From NCBI RefSeq assembly GCF_030028105.1, contig NC_092379.1, positions 22,359,309 through 22,423,308 of the forward strand: 64,000 nucleotides of DNA. Direction: 5' to 3'. This DNA comes from Mobula birostris. Its lineage: Eukaryota. A program made the position numbers and the translations under genes. The notes under the pieces were generated by a model, which made no database searches, was not told where the DNA came from, and saw only the letters and a program-made list of their open reading frames with translations. Below, in pieces: positions 9,227 through 23,575 of this stretch (position 1 is its first letter; every line of letters starts with the position of its first letter).

Positions 9227-11518
9227 CAGTGTATGTCAATGATTTGGACTATGGGTTTGGACTAGTGTTGAGGAAACAGACAGCCTGCAGAGAGATTTAG
9301 ATAGTTTAGGTTTAGGGGAATGGGCAGAGAAGTGGCCAATGAAATACAATGTTGGAAATTGTATGGTCATGCACTTTGGTGGAAGAAATAAACGGGCAGG
9401 CTATTATTTAGATGGGGAGAGAATTCAAAATGCAGAAATGTAAAGGGACTTGGCAGTCCTTGTGCAGGATACCCGAAAGGTTAACCTCCAGGCTGAGTTG
9501 GTGGTGAAGAAGGCAAATGCAATGTTGGCATTCATTTATAGAGGTATAGAATATAAGAGCAGGGATGTGATGTTGAGGCTCTATTAGGCACTTGTGAGAC
9601 CACATTTAGAGTATTGTGTGCCGTATTGGGCTCCTTATCTTAGCAAGTAAATACTGCCATTGGGGAGGGTTCAGAGAAGATTCACGAGAATGATTCCAGG
9701 AATGAAAGGCTTACCGTATGAGGAACGTCTGGCAGTTCTTGGGCTGTATTCCCTGGTGTTCAGGAGAATAAGGGGTGATCTCATAGAAACATTCTGAATG
9801 TCAAAAGGCCTGAACAGATTAGATATGGCAAGGTCATTTCCCATGGTAGGGGAGTCTAGGACAAGAGGGCATGATTTCAGGATTGATGGACGTCCATTTA
9901 GAACAGAGATGTGGAGAAATGACTTTAGTCAGAAGATGGTAAATCTGTGGAATATGTTCCCACAAGTGGCTGTGGAGGCCAAGTCATTGGGTGCATTTAC
10001 GTCAGAGATAGATAAGTTCTTGATTAGCCAGGGCATCAAAGGGCATTGGGAGAAGGCAGGGGAGTGGGGATGACTAGATCAGCCCATAATTGAATGGCGG
10101 AGCAGACTTTATCGGCGAAATAGCCTACTTCTGCTCCTGTATCTTATGGTCTTATGGTCATATAAACAGAATCCAGGAAATTGTAAGCCAGTGAGTCTGA
10201 CATCAGTTGTGGAAAAATTATTGGAAGCTATTCTATGGGACCGGATACATGAGTATTTGGATTGATATGGACTGATTAAGGATAGTCAGCATGGTTTTGT
10301 GCATGTAGGGCACATCTAACTAATCTTATGGAGGTTATTGAGGAAGTTACTAGGAACGTTAATGAAGACAAGGCAGTGGATGTTGTCTACATGCACCTTA
10401 GTAAGGCACTTGACAAAGTACCACATGGGAGGCTGGTCGAGAAGGTTCCTTCGCTTAGCATTCAAGATGGATCAGTAAATTGGATTAGACACTGGCTCTG
10501 TGGAAGAAGCCAGAGTGTGGTGGTAGATGGTTGCCTCTGGAGACCTGTGACTAGCGGAGTGCCACAGGGAATGGTGCTGGGTCCATTGTTTGTTAACTTT
10601 GTCAATGATCTGGATGATAACATGGTTAATTGGATCAGCAAATTTCTGTTGACACCAAGATTGGAGGTGTAGTGTCCAGCAAGGAAGGCTATCATGGCTT
10701 GCAGAGCGATCTGCATCAGCTGGAAAAATTGAATGAGAAATAGGAAATAGGAAATGGAATTTAATGCAGACAAGTGTAAGGTTTTGCACTTGGTTTTACA
10801 CAGTGAATGTTAGGGCACTGAGGAGTGTGGTAGAACAAAGGGATCTGGGAATACAGATACATAATTCATTGAAAGTGGTGTCACAGGTAGATAGGATCAT
10901 GAAAGCTGCTAGCACATTGGACTTCATAAATAAATGTATTGAGTACACGAGGTGGGATGCTGTGCTCTGTGCCTGCTAATATGATGAACTGATAAGTGAG
11001 GCTTTGGGCCTGCTCCTGTCTGCTCTAGGGTTCAAACCTGCAGACTCAGTTTTGGTTTGGAATGTTGTTGTTTGCTACAATTACACGCATGCTTTGCATT
11101 TTGTTTTCTTTCTCTTGTGCACTGGATGTAGTCTTTTATTTTTTTTAAATGAGTTCTCTCGGGTTTCTTGGTTGTGGCTACCTGTGAGAAAGTTAATCTC
11201 AAGACTGTACAATAATGAATTCTTCGATAATAAATGTACTTGATTATTGAACCTGAACTTGAATGTTCTGTTGAAGTTGTCTAAGACATTAGTGAGACCT
11301 AATTTGGAGTATTGTATGCAGTTTTGGTCAGCTACTTACAGGAAAGATGTAAATTAGGTTGAAAGAGTGCAAAGAAAATTTACAAGGATGTTGCCGAGTC
11401 TGAAGGACCTGAGTTATAGGGAAAGATTGAATAGGTTAGGACTATATTCTTTGGAATGTAGAAGGTTGAGAGGAGATTTGATAGAGTTGTACTAAATTAG
11501 CAGGGGTATAGATAGGGT

Positions 11519-11737
11519 CGGCTGGCTGGTGGCGTAGTGGCATCAGCGCCGGACTTCGGAGCGAAGACTCCCAAGTTTGAATCCAGCCGACTCTCTTGCA
11601 GGCTTTCGACCCATGCTGGGTTGAGCATCAAACTAGCAATTCGGCCTCAAAAAAATAAGAAAGCCTGCTAAAAAGATGCCATCGTAACAGCATCCCGATG
11701 ACACCACTCAGAGTTAAGGGCTTTCTTCTTCTTCTTC
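11519..11737 (+). mobile_element. tRNA-derived SINE (copies at 23009-23233 and 34472-34683)
   Basis: A-box TGGCGTAGTGG, B-box-like GTTTGAATCC, (CTT)n tail, 11-bp TSD ATAGATAGGGT (11508-11518, 11738-11748). Confidence 0.8.
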
Positions 11738-12969
11738 ATAGATAGGGTAAATTCAAGCAGGCTCTTTCCACTGAGGTTGGGTGAGACTACAACCAGAGGT
11801 CATGGGTTGAGGTGAAAGGTGAAAAGTTTAACGGGATCACGAGGGCAAACTTCTTCACTCAGAAGGTCATGAGAGAGTGGAACGAGCTGCCAGTGCAAGT
11901 GGTGCATGCGAGCTCAAATTTCAACACCTAAAAGAAGTTTGGATAGGTACTTGGATAGTAGGGATATGGAAGGCTAAGATCCTGGCGTAAGTCCATGGAA
12001 ATAGGCAGTTTAAATGATTTTGGCATGGACTAGATGGGCCGAAGGGCCTGTTTATATGCTGTACTTCTCTATGACTCTATCACTTTGCTGCAAATCCCTC
12101 ATATGAAAATGCTCTCTCCCTCTGCCTTTCAACGTAATCCCAGCCTCTGATAAGTGCCTCAGTTGTGACCAAATTTCCAGCAGAGCAGCTCTCCCTCTGC
12201 TCCTGTGTGGGAATACTCAGCCTGGACAATGTGTAGAAGCCTCTCGAGGGCGGCTTGAACATACAACATTCTGACAATGCAGCTGGAAATTTCAGTTACG
12301 AGTTTCCAAAATGATTAAGATTCATAGGATACACAGTGACTTGGCTGATTGCATTGAGAATAGGCTTGCCCATTGAGGACAGAAGGTAGTGATCGATAGG
12401 TCCTAATCTGGAGAATAGTTCGTGTCCAGTGGTGCTCAGCAGAAGAATGTAATGGGAAAGTCTGCAGTTTGTGCTACATGTAACCTGAATGAAAATGTGG
12501 ATGGCTTGGTTAATGAGTGTGCAGAGGATACAAAGATGGTGGCAATGAATTCCCCAGATTCAATATCCACTTGGCTAAAGAAATTCATCCTCATATCTGT
12601 TTTAATGGCATGCAGTTGTGACCTCTGGTCGTAGATACCACAACGATAGCGCATATAATCTCCATGTCCACTTTATCTTGGCCTTTCAATAATCAATAGG
12701 GTTCAAAGAGATTTTTAAACTATAGCAAGTAAAGGCTCAGAGACATCAAACGTTCCTCATAAATTAACCGCTTCATTCCTAGGACTATTCATGTGAACTT
12801 CCTCCGGACCCTCCCCAATGCCAGCACATCCTTTCTTAGATAAATAGCCCAAAACTGTTCACAATACTCCATGTGGTCAGTAAGACCAATGCCTTTCAGA
12901 GCCTCAGCTTTATAACATTATTCTTATAATGGTGACTCTATTATAGAAAGGATGTGTAGGCCTTGGCAA

Positions 12970-14660
12970 GGAAAACATAGGAGCACTTTCAGGCCTGCTT
13001 TGATTCGGTGGACTGGACTGGGTTCAGGGATTCACCTTTGAATTTGGATGATTCTGCTGCAGATGTTACTGACTTCATTAAACCTGTGTGGATGAGTGTG
13101 TGCCTGCAAGAACCTGCTGTACATTCCCAAACCAAAAGCCCTGGATGAACCAGGAGGTCCATCATCTGCTGAAGGCTAGATCTGTGGCATTTAAGTCTGG
13201 TGACCTAGGTCTGTACAAAAAATCCAGATATGATTTGCGGAGGGCTATTCCTAGAGCGAAGAATCAATTTCAGTTGGAGGCGACATCCAATGAGCGTCAA
13301 CTCTGGCAGGTTTGCAGGATATTATTTCCTACAAAGCAAAACCCAACAGCATGAATCACAGCGATACTTCACTACCAGATGAATTCAATGCCTTCTATGC
13401 CCACTTTGAAAGGGAGAATATAAGTGCAGCTGTGAACATCCCTGTTGCACCTGGTGACCCTGTGACCTCTGTCTCAGAGACCGATGTTAGGCTGTCTTGA
13501 ACGAGGGTGAACCCTCATAAGGTGGCAGACCCAATGAAGTATCTGGTAAGGCTCTGAAAATTTGTGCTAAACAACTGGCGGGAGTATTCAAGGACAACTT
13601 CAATCTCTCACTGCTATGGTCAGAAGTTCCCACCCGCTTCAAAAGGGAAACAATTATACCAGTGCCTAAGAAGAATAGTGTGAGCTGCCTTAATGACTAT
13701 CGACCAGTAGCACTCACATCCACATTAATGAAATGCTTGGAGAGTTTAGTCATGGCTAGAATCAATTCCCGCCTCAGCAAGGACTTGGAGTCACTGGAAT
13801 TTGCCTATTGCCACATAAGGTCTGCAGCAGATGTGATCACAACGGCTCTTCACACAGACTGAGACCACCTGATCAATACAAACACCTATGTCAGGATGCT
13901 GTTCGTTGACTATAGCTCAGCATTCCAACAGTACTGATCGATAAACCACAGAATCTGGGCCCCTGTATCTCCCTCTGCAATTAGATCCTTGACTTCCCAA
14001 CAGAAAGACCACAAACTGTTCAGATTGATGATAATATCTCCTCCTTGCTGATGATCAACACTGGTGCACCTTAGCTCATTGCTCTATCCCTCTACAACCA
14101 TGACTGTGAGGCTAGGTATAGCTCAAATACCATCTATAAATTTGCTGATGATACAACCATTGTTGGTAGAACCTCAGATGGAGACAAAAGGGCCAACAGG
14201 AGCGAGATATACCAACTAGTGGAGTGCTATTGCAGCAACAAACATGCTCTCAAAGTCAGCAAGAAAAAGAGCTGATTGTGGACTTCAGGAAGGGTAAGAA
14301 GAAGGAACACATACCAATCCTCAAAGAGGGATTGAAAGTGGAAAGAGGGAGCAATTTCAAGTTTCTGGCTGTCAAGATCTCCGAGCATCTAACCTGGTCC
14401 CAACATATCGATGCAGCTTTGAAAAAGGCAAGACAGTGACTATATTTCATTAAGAATTTGAAGAGATTTGGCTTGTCAGCTAAAACACTCAAAAACTTCG
14501 ATAGATGTACCATGCAGAGTATTCTGACAGGCTGCATCACTGTTTAGTTTGGGGGTGCTACTGCACAGGACCGAAAGAAGCTACAGAAAGTTGTAAAAGT
14601 TCCGTCATGGTACTATCCTCGGTAGTATCCAAGACATTTTCAAGGAGCAGTGCCTCAGGA
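12970..14660 (+). mobile_element. Degenerate Rex1/Babar-like LINE
   Basis: [33 protein letters not shown] motifs with stops; paralog at ~24470-26170, inverted copy at ~34900-37100. Confidence 0.75.
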
Positions 14661-14679
14661 AGATAAATAGTTAGTTAGA

Positions 14680-16880
14680 TAGATAGAAACATAGACAACC
14701 TACAGCAAACTACAGGCCCTTCGGCCCACAATGCTGTGGGGAACATGCCCTTACTTTGGGAATGACCTAGGGTTACCCACAGCCCTCTATTTTTCTGAGC
14801 TCCATGTACCCATCCAGGAGTCCCTTAAAAGACCCTATTGTATCCGCCTCCACCACCACTCCCGGCAACCCATTCCACACACATCACTCTCAGCATAAAA
14901 AACTTACCCCGACATCTCCTCTGTACCTACTTCCAAGCACCTTAAACCTGTGCCCTCTCATGCTAGCCATTTCAGCCCTGGGAAAAAGCCTCTGACTACC
15001 CACACGATCAATGCCTCTCATCATCTTATACACCTCTATCAGGTCAACTCTCATCCTCCGTCCTCCAAGGATAAAAGGCCAAATTCGCTCAATCTATTCC
15101 CATAAGGCATGCTTCCCAATCCAGGCAATATTCTTGTCAATCTCCTCTGCACTCTTTCTATGGTTTCCACATCTTTCCTGTAGCGAGGCGACCAGAACTG
15201 AGCACAGTACTCCAAGTGGGGTCTGACCAGGATCATATATAGCAGCGAAATTACCTCTTGGCTCCTAAACTCATTCCCATGGTTGATGAAGGCCAATGCA
15301 CCATATGCTTTCTTAACCACAGAGTCAACCTGTGTAGCAGCTTTGAGTGTCCTATTGACTCAGATTCCAAACCTCCTCTGATCCTCTACACAGCCAAGAG
15401 TCTTACTATTAATACTACATTTTGCCATCATATTTGACCTTCCAAATTGAACCACCCATCACTTATCTGAGTAAAACTCCATCTGGCACTTCTCAACCCA
15501 GTTTTGCATCCTATCGATGTCCCGCTGTAAGCTCTGACAGCCCTCCACACTATCCATAACACCCTCAACCTTTGTGTCATCAGCAAATTTACTAACCCAA
15601 TCCTCCACTTCTTCATCCAGGTCATTTATAAAAATTACTAGGTAAAGGGGTCCCAGAACAGATTCCTGAGGCACATCACTGGTCACGGACATCCATGCAG
15701 ACTATGAACCGTCCACAACCACTCTTTGCCTTCTGTGGGAAATAGAACATAGAACAGTACAGGCCCTTCGGCCCACAATGTTGTGCCGACCCTTAAACAC
15801 TGCCTCCCATATAGCCCCCCACCTTGAATTCTGAATCCACAAAGCAATGTCCACTTGGATCCCATGCCTCTCTACTTTCTCAATAAGCCTTGCATAGGGT
15901 ACCTTATCAAATGCCTAACTGAAATTCATATACACTACATCTACTGCTCTACCTTCATCAATATGTTTAGTCATATCCTCAAAAAATTCAAACAGGCTCG
16001 TAAGGCACGACCTGCCTTTGACAAAGCCATACCTGACTATTCCTAATTCTATTATGCCTCACCAAACGTTCACAAATCCTGCCTATCAGGATCTTTTCCA
16101 TCAACTTACCAACCACTGAGGTAAGGCTCACTGGTCTATAATTTCCTGGGCTATTTCCACCCCCTTTCTTGAATATGGGAACAACGTCCACAACCCTCCA
16201 ATCCTCTGGAACCTCTTCCGACTCCATTGATAATGCAAATATCATCGCCAGAGGCTTAGCATTCTCCTCCGTCACCTCTCACTGTAGCCTGGGGTACACC
16301 TCGACCGGTCCAGGTGACTTATCCAACTTCATGCTTTCCAAAAGCTCCAACACATCCTCTTTCTTCATAGCTATATGCTCAAGATTTTTACTCACTGTAA
16401 GTTATCCCTACAATCACCATAATCCTTACCCGTAGTGAATACTGAAGCAAAGTATTCATTAAGTACCTCTGCTATCTCCTCCGGTTCCATATGCACGTTT
16501 CCACTGCTGCACCTGATTGGTGCTGTAATCTCACATCATATTCTCTTGCTCTTCACATACTTGTAGAATGCCTTGGAGTTTTCCTTTATCCTGTCCACCA
16601 AGGCCTTCTCATGGCCCCTTCTGGCTCTCTTAATTTCATTATTAAGCTCCTGCCTGCTAGCCTATATTCTTCTAGATCTCCATCATTACCTAGTTTTTTG
16701 AACCTTTCGTTAGCTTTTCTTTTCTCCTTGACCAGATTTACAACAGCCTTTGTACACCACGGTTCCTGTACCCTACAATCTTATCCCTGTCTCATTGGAA
16801 CATACCTTGGTAGAACTCCACATAATATCCCCTGAACATTTGCCACATTTCTGCCGCACATTTCCCTGAGAACATATGTT
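14680..16880 (-). mobile_element. Degenerate CR1-like LINE
   Basis: Minus-strand PEDWRVVDVVPIFKKG..PGNYRPVSLTS, SKFADDTKV, RPHLEYCAQFWSP; paralog at ~26200-28310. Confidence 0.8.
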
Positions 16881-16889
16881 CCCAATTTA

Positions 16890-18110
16890 TAATAGACAGA
16901 TAGATAGGTACTTTATTGACCCCAAAGGAAATTACAGTGTCGCAGTAGCATTACAAGTGCACAGGTATACAAATATTAGAAGAGAAGTAGGAAAGAATAA
17001 AAAAAATTACCTCAAACAGTCTAACAGGAGGAGGTCATCACTCCCCCGACTATAGGTTGACTCATTATACTGCCTAATGGCTGAGGCCAAGAGTGACCTC
17101 ATAGAGCACTCTCTGGAGCAGCTCTGTTGTCTTAGTCTATTACTGAAAGTGCTCCTCTGTTCAGTCAAGGTGGCATGCAGAAGGTGAGAAACACTATCCA
17201 GAATTGCCAAGATTTTCCATCGGGTCCTTTGTTCTACCATAGCCTCCAGTGTGTCCAGTTTGACTCCTATAATAGAGCCAGCCTTTATAATCAGTTTACT
17301 GAGTGTGTTGGCAACACTCTTGTTGACGCCATTGCCCCAGTACACCACCACATAGAAGATTGTACTGGTGACAACAAACTGGTAGAACACATGCAGGAGG
17401 GGCCTGCATACTCCAAAGGACCTTGGTCTCCTCTGGAAGTAGAGGTGACTCTGGCCCTTCCTCTACACAGCCTCTATGTTGGTGCTCCACTCGTCTGTCA
17501 TACAGGTGAACCCTCAGGTACTTGTAGATCCTCACAACATCCACGTCCTCACCATTAATGCTTACAGGGAGCAGTGCAGGCTTAGTCCTCCTAAAGTCCA
17601 TCACCATCTCCTTTGTTTAACTGATGTTGAGCTGCAGATGATTCAGCTTGCACCATTTGACAAGGTCCTCCACCAAGGCCCTGTATTCATTCTCCCACAA
17701 TCCCTTTATACACCCAACTATTGCTGAGTCAGAGAATTTTGGCAGATGACATGACTCAGTGTTATATCTAAGGTCCAAGGTAAACAGGGTAAACAGCAAG
17801 GGAACCAGTACAGTTCCCTGTGGGCCCCTACTGCTGCTGATAACATGTCTGACACACAGCTCTTAAGCTGCACGTACTGTGGTCTGCCAGTCAGGTAGTC
17901 TATTATCCAGGATACAATGGAAATGCCAATCTGAATCGAATGGAGCTTTCACCCAGCAATGAGGGCTGTATGGTATTGAGGGCACTTGAGAAATCAAACA
18001 AACATCATCCTCACACTGCTGCCCTGCTTTCCAAATGGGAGAAGGCGCTGTTCAGCAGGTAGATGACGGCATTGCAACTCCAATGTGCTCCTGGTAGGCA
18101 AACTGCAGGG
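16890..18110 (-). mobile_element. Degenerate Rex1/Babar-like LINE
   Basis: Minus-strand MVMDFRR, FYQFVVTSTIFY.VV.WG, RSLLASAIRQYN; paralog at ~28310-29520. Confidence 0.7.
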
Positions 18111-18405
18111 GATGAAGGACTGATCTGACCAAGAGTCTGAGGTGAGCCAGGTCCGGCCTCTCTAGGATGTGTGAGGTCACGGCCACCTCCATTATTGAGG
18201 ACCTCCATCACTCAAGATATGCCCTCTTCTCATTGTTACCATCAGGAAGGAGGTACTGAAGCCTGAAGGCACACACTCAGTGATTCAGGAACAGTTTCCT
18301 CCCCTCTGCCATACAATTCCTAAATGGACATTGAACCAATACACACTACCTCACTTTTCGAAAATATATCTTATTTTTGCATTTCCACGACTTTTAATCT
18401 AGTTA

Positions 18406-18406
<1 letters not shown>

Positions 18407-18441
<35 letters not shown>
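18407..18441. repeat. (TA)n microsatellite
   Basis: Direct reading; the paralogous position in the next unit falls in the N gap. Confidence 0.9.
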
Positions 18442-18444
<3 letters not shown>

Positions 18445-19351
18445 CACTTCCTGTAATTGATTTACTAATTTATTTTAAATTGTTTCTTTTTATATATATT
18501 ATATGGAACTGCTGTTGCTAAGCTAACAAATTTCACGACACATGCTGGTGATAATAAACCTGATTCTGATTCTTTGGAGAGGTTGCAGAAGAGGCTTATC
18601 AGGATGCTACCTGGATTAGAGGGCTTGGGTTATGAGGGGAAGTCAGACAAATTTGGCTTCTTTTCTCTGAAGTGGTAGATCCTGAAAGGAGATTTGACAG
18701 ACCTTTATAAGGTTGTCAGAGGTATATAGTGTAGAGAGCCAGTGTCTACAGTCTGTAGCAGGGGTGAAATAGCTAAAGCTAGATGGCATGCATTTCAGGT
18801 AGGAGGGGATTTAATTCAAAGGAGATAGGCAGTGCAGGTTTTGTGCACACAGAGAGGTGGCTAGAATGTGTTGCCAGGGCTGGCATTGGTTGCAAATACA
18901 GAGATATTTCAGAGACGTCCATATAGGACCATGTTGAAGTTCATGCGGGAGGTGAAGGCTGTAGTGATGGGGAGAGGCGTGGTCACAGTACGACTGAAAT
19001 GTTGTGATGCAAAGGGGCTGCAATCATAGGTGTATTCTATTGTTTCTCTCCTATGAAATTTGCATGCTTCCCTCTCACTGTGCTAAGTTTGGTTTTGCAG
19101 TATCACACCATCACAAGAAATCTGCAGTCACAGCAGTGAGCCTCTTTGTCCCAGTTATGGGAAAGGGACTGGAAAACCAATAGAAAGGTTCCTCGCTCTG
19201 ATTTTACTTTGCAATAATTTCTGATTCACTGCTCAAATCTGGGTGTTTTTGTGATTCTACCTCTAATGATGACTGCTGTTCAGTCTTGACCGAACGTAAT
19301 CTACAGAAAAATCTCCACTAAAGTTCTGAAGTTTCCATTTCTATTCCACAG

Positions 19352-19654
19352 AATTGTCTGTCTTTATTCAAAATCCCGACATTGAAGAGATATGGATCAG
19401 CAAGACAGCTACTGTGAAGTGCATGGTTCTCTGTACTGATCCAGGGGAAATCAACATCAGTTGGTTGGTGAATGGGACGAAGTCAAAAAACCCTGTTTTC
19501 TCCGAACAACCAGAAAGTAAAGGAATCATAAAAATAGTGATCAGTACGATGAATTCCAGTGTAGAGGAGTGGCTCAGCGGGGTGGAGTACAAGTGCGTCA
19601 TTCAGGATTTGTCCACGTCCACTCAAATGTCAGCAAAGACAAAAAGTACCAAAG
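19352..19654 (+). CDS. IgW: IgW CH3-like constant exon, copy 2
   Basis: Open, same splice sites and phase as copy 1 (~13 nt differences by eye); donor G|GTAGGC. Confidence 0.9.
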
Positions 19655-19744
19655 GTAGGCAAGATGACCAGCAATTAAAAGGTCAACATTAGATAAAATG
19701 AGCAAAAATATTTTATAGTACTATTGTCTGCTTGTCTCTTCCAG

Positions 19745-20062
19745 GAACAACAAAAAGACCTAATATCAGATTGCTGCCTCCACCAGAGGAAGAAATCAAG
19801 TCCAACAGTGCTGCCGTTCTTGAGTGTGTGGTCTCGGGATTCTACCCAGACCATATAACTGTCACCTGGGAGAAGGACAGCTCTGTGATCAGCTCCAGCA
19901 CCAGTCCTACACCAACCGCTCTGGAGCAAGGGGGCACTTTCAGTGTCAGACACTTCCTGACCGTGAGTGTACAGGAGTGGGAGACCGAATCAGTCTTCAG
20001 CTGTACAGTGATTCATCCCCCCTCCAACACCCGTATCAAGAAGCAAGTGAAGAACGTCCAGG
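19745..20062 (+). CDS. IgW: IgW CH4-like constant exon, copy 2 (read-through tail to 20127)
   Basis: 3 nt differences from copy 1; same weak donor and same tail. Confidence 0.9.
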
Positions 20063-23000
20063 GTGCTCCCTCGGACCCTATGAAAGGCAAGTGCAGAAAT
20101 TGCTGGGGCTCTAGCAGAGATATTTAAAGCATCCTAAGCAACAGGACAGGCACCAGAGCATTGGAGGATAGCCAATCCTGGTCCACTGTTTAAGAAGGGT
20201 GGGAGGTAGCAGAAAGGAAACTATAGACCTGTTAGCCTGACATTAGAGTTGGAAAGTTGTTGGATGTCATTACAGAGTACCTGCAGGCACGTGACAGAAT
20301 AGGCCAAAGCCAGCATGGTTTCCCAAATTTAAAATCCTGCCTGTCTAACCTACTGTAATTTTTTGAGAAAATTATAAGCAGGGTAGACAAACGAGATGCA
20401 GTAGACGTGATATGCTAGGATTTTCAGAAGGCCTTTGACAAGGTGCCACACATGAGGCTGCTTAGCAAGATAAGAGCTAATGGAATTACAGGGGAATTAC
20501 TAGAATGGGTGGAACATTGGCTGATCGGCAGAAAACAGTGAGTGGGAATAAAGGGATCGTATTCTGGCTGGCTGACGGTCACTAGTGGAGTTCCAAAGGG
20601 GTTGGTGTTGGGACCGCTGCTTTTTACAGTGTATATCAATGATTTGGACTATGGGTTTAATGGATTTGCGGCTAAATTTGCCGATGATACAAGATAGTGG
20701 AGGACCGCGTAGCGTTGAGGAAACAGAGACCCTACAGAGAGACTTAGATAGTTTAGGTTTCGGGGAAGGGGCAAAGAAGTGGCCAATGAAATACAATGTT
20801 GGAAATTGTATGGTCATGCACTTTGGTGGAAGAAATAAACGGGCAGGCTATTATTTAGATGGAGAGAGAATTCAAAATGCAGAGATGCAAAGGGACTTGG
20901 AAGTCCTTGTACAGGATACCCGAAAGGTTAACCTCCAAGGGGAGTCGGTGGTGAAGAAGGCGAATGCAATGTTGGCATTCATTTCTAGAGGTATAGAATA
21001 TAAGAGCAGGGATGTGATGTTGAGGCTCGATAAGGCACTCATGAGAACACACTTAGAGTATTATGTGCAGTATTGGGCTCCTTATCTTAGAAAGTATATA
21101 CTGACATTGGGGAGGGTTCAGAGAAGATTCATGAGAATGATTCCAGGAATGAAAGGCTTACCGTATGAGGAATGTCTGGCAGTTCTTGGTCCGTATTCCC
21201 TGGAGTTCAGGAGTATGAGGGGTGATCTAATAGAAACAGTCTGAATGTCAAAAGGTCTGAACAGATTAGATATGACAAAGTCATTTCCCATGGTGGGGAA
21301 GTCTAGGACAAGAGGGCATGATTTCAGGATTGAAGGACGTCCATTTAGAACAGAGATGCGGAGAAATGACTTTTGTCAGAGGGTGGTAAATCTGTGGAAT
21401 ATGTTCCCACGAGTGGCTGTGGAGGCCAAGTCATTGGGTGCATTTAAGGCAGAGATAAATAAGTTCTTGATTAGCCAGGGCATCAAAGGGCATGGAGAGA
21501 AGGCAGGGGAGTGGGGATGATTGGATGAACCCATAATGGAATGACGGAGCAGACTTAATGGGCTGAATAGCCTACTTCTGCTCCTGTATCTTATGGTCTT
21601 ATGGTCATGTAAACAAAATCCAGGAAATTATAAGCTGGTGAGTCTGACATAAGTTGTGGGAAAATTATGGGAAGGTATCCTATGGGACCGGATACATGAG
21701 TATTTGGATTGATATGGACAGATTAAGGATAGTCAGCATGGTTTTGTGTGTGTAGGGTACATCTAACTAATCTTATGGAGGTTATTGAGGAAGTTACTAG
21801 GAACGTTAATGAAGGCAAGGCAGTGGATGTTGTCTACATGTACTTTAGTAAAGCACTTGAAAATGTACCACATGCGAGGCTGGTCGAGAAGGTTTGTTCG
21901 CTTGGCATTCAAGGTGAGGCAATAAATTGGATTTGTGGAAGAAGCCAGAGTGTGGTGGTAGATGGTTGCCTCTGGAGACCTGTGACTAGCAGAGTGCCAC
22001 AGGGATTAGTGACGAGTCCATTGTTTGTTAACTCTGTCAATGATCTGGATGATAATGTGGTTAACTGGATCAGCAAATTTCTGTTGACACCAAGATTGGA
22101 GGTGTAGTGGACAGCAAGGAAGGCTATCATGGCTTGCAGAGCGATCTGCATCAGCTGGAAAAATTGAATGAAAAATAGGAAATGGAATTTAACGCAGACA
22201 AGTGTAAGGTTTTGCACTTCAGTAGGGCCATACAGGGTAGGTTTTACACAGTGAATATTAGGGCACTGAGGAGTGTGGTAGAACAAAGGGGTTGGGAATA
22301 CAGATACATAATTCATTGAATGTGGTGTCACAGGTAGATAGGATCATGAAAGCTGCTAGCACATTGGACTTCGTAAATCAGTGTATTCAGTACGCGAGAT
22401 GGGATGCTGTGCTCCGTGCCTGCTAATATGATGAACTGATAAGTGAGGCTTTGGGCAACCTCCGGGCTGCTCCTGGGTTCATACCTGCAGACTCAGTTTA
22501 GGTTTGGAATGTTGTTGTTTGCTTCAATTGCTTACATGTTTTGCATTTTTTTTCTTTCTCTTGTACACCGGATCTGGTCTTTTTTTTAAATGAGTTATTT
22601 CGGGTTTCTTGCTTTGTCGCTACCGGTGAGAAAGTTAATCTCAAGACTGTACAATAATGAATTCTTTGACAATAAATGTACTTGATTATTGAACCGGAAA
22701 TTGAATGTTCTGTTGAAGTTGTCTAAGACATTAGTGAGACCTAATTTGGACTATTGTGTGCAGTTTTGGTCACCTACTTACAGGAAAGATGTAAATAAGG
22801 TTGAAAGAGTGCAAAGAAAATTTAAAAGTATGTTCCCGAGTCTGGAGGACCTGAGTTATAGCAATTACAGAATGGAAACAGGCCATCTCGGCCCTTATAG
22901 TCTGTATAGAGTAAGATTGAATAGGTTAGGACTATATTCTTTGGAATGTAGAAGATTGAGATAAGATTTGATAGAGGTGTACTAAATTAGGAGGGGTATA

Positions 23001-23575
23001 GATAGGGTGGGCTGGCTAGTGGCGTTGTGGCATCAGCGCCAGACTTAGGAACAAAGGCTCCCGAGTTCAAATCCAGCCAACTCCCTTGCACGCTTTCCAT
23101 CTGTGCTGGGTTGAGCGCCAAGCTAGCAACCCAGCGTCGTAATAATAAGAAAGCCTGCAAATAAAAGGCCATCATGATGGCATCCCGATGACTCCATTCA
23201 GAGTTAAGGGCTTTCTTCTTCTTCTTCTTCTTCATAGATAGGGTAAATTCAAGCATGCTCTTTCCACTGAGGTTGAGTGAGACTACAACCAGAGGTCATG
23301 GGTTGAGGGTGAAAGGTGAAATGTATAACAGGAACATGAGAGGAAACTTCTTCACTCAGAAGGTCATGAGAGTGTGTAATGAGCTGCCAGTGCAAGTGGT
23401 GCATGCGAGGTCGATTTTGACACTTAAAAGAAGTTTGGATAGGTTCTTGGATAGTAGGGATATGGAGGGCTAAAATCCTGGTGCAGGTCAATGGAAATAG
23501 GCATTTTAATAATATTGGCATGGACTAGATGGGCCGATGGGTCTGTTTATATGCTGTACTTCTCTATGACTCTAT
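20063..23575 (+). mobile_element. CR1-like LINE block of unit II (no Gypsy insertion)
   Basis: Paralogous to 4080-12080; single CAGTG at the empty site (~20627-20631). Confidence 0.8.

Larger units (their letters stand above)
4080..12080 (+). mobile_element. Two degenerate CR1-like LINE ORF2 segments (4080-4649 + 9232-10160; ~10160-12080), interrupted by the Gypsy element and a SINE
   Basis: GNYRPVSLT, FQKAFDKVPH, VTSGVP.G, KKANAMLAFI, RTRGH motifs; tails TCTTATGGTCTTATGG (~10141) and CTCTATGACTCTAT (~12070). Confidence 0.8.

Noticed and set aside
9225-9260. RSS heptamer CACAGTG
   Set aside because: Created by LTR end plus TSD; no nonamer at 12- or 23-bp spacing.
11519-11600. tRNA gene
   Set aside because: A/B boxes lead into a non-tRNA body, (CTT)n tail and TSD, so it is a SINE.
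20585-21520. Longer ORFs in LINE blocks (219 aa here; 266 aa at 26401-27201) as host genes
   Set aside because: Fragments of CR1 ORF2, broken at different places in the paralogous units.
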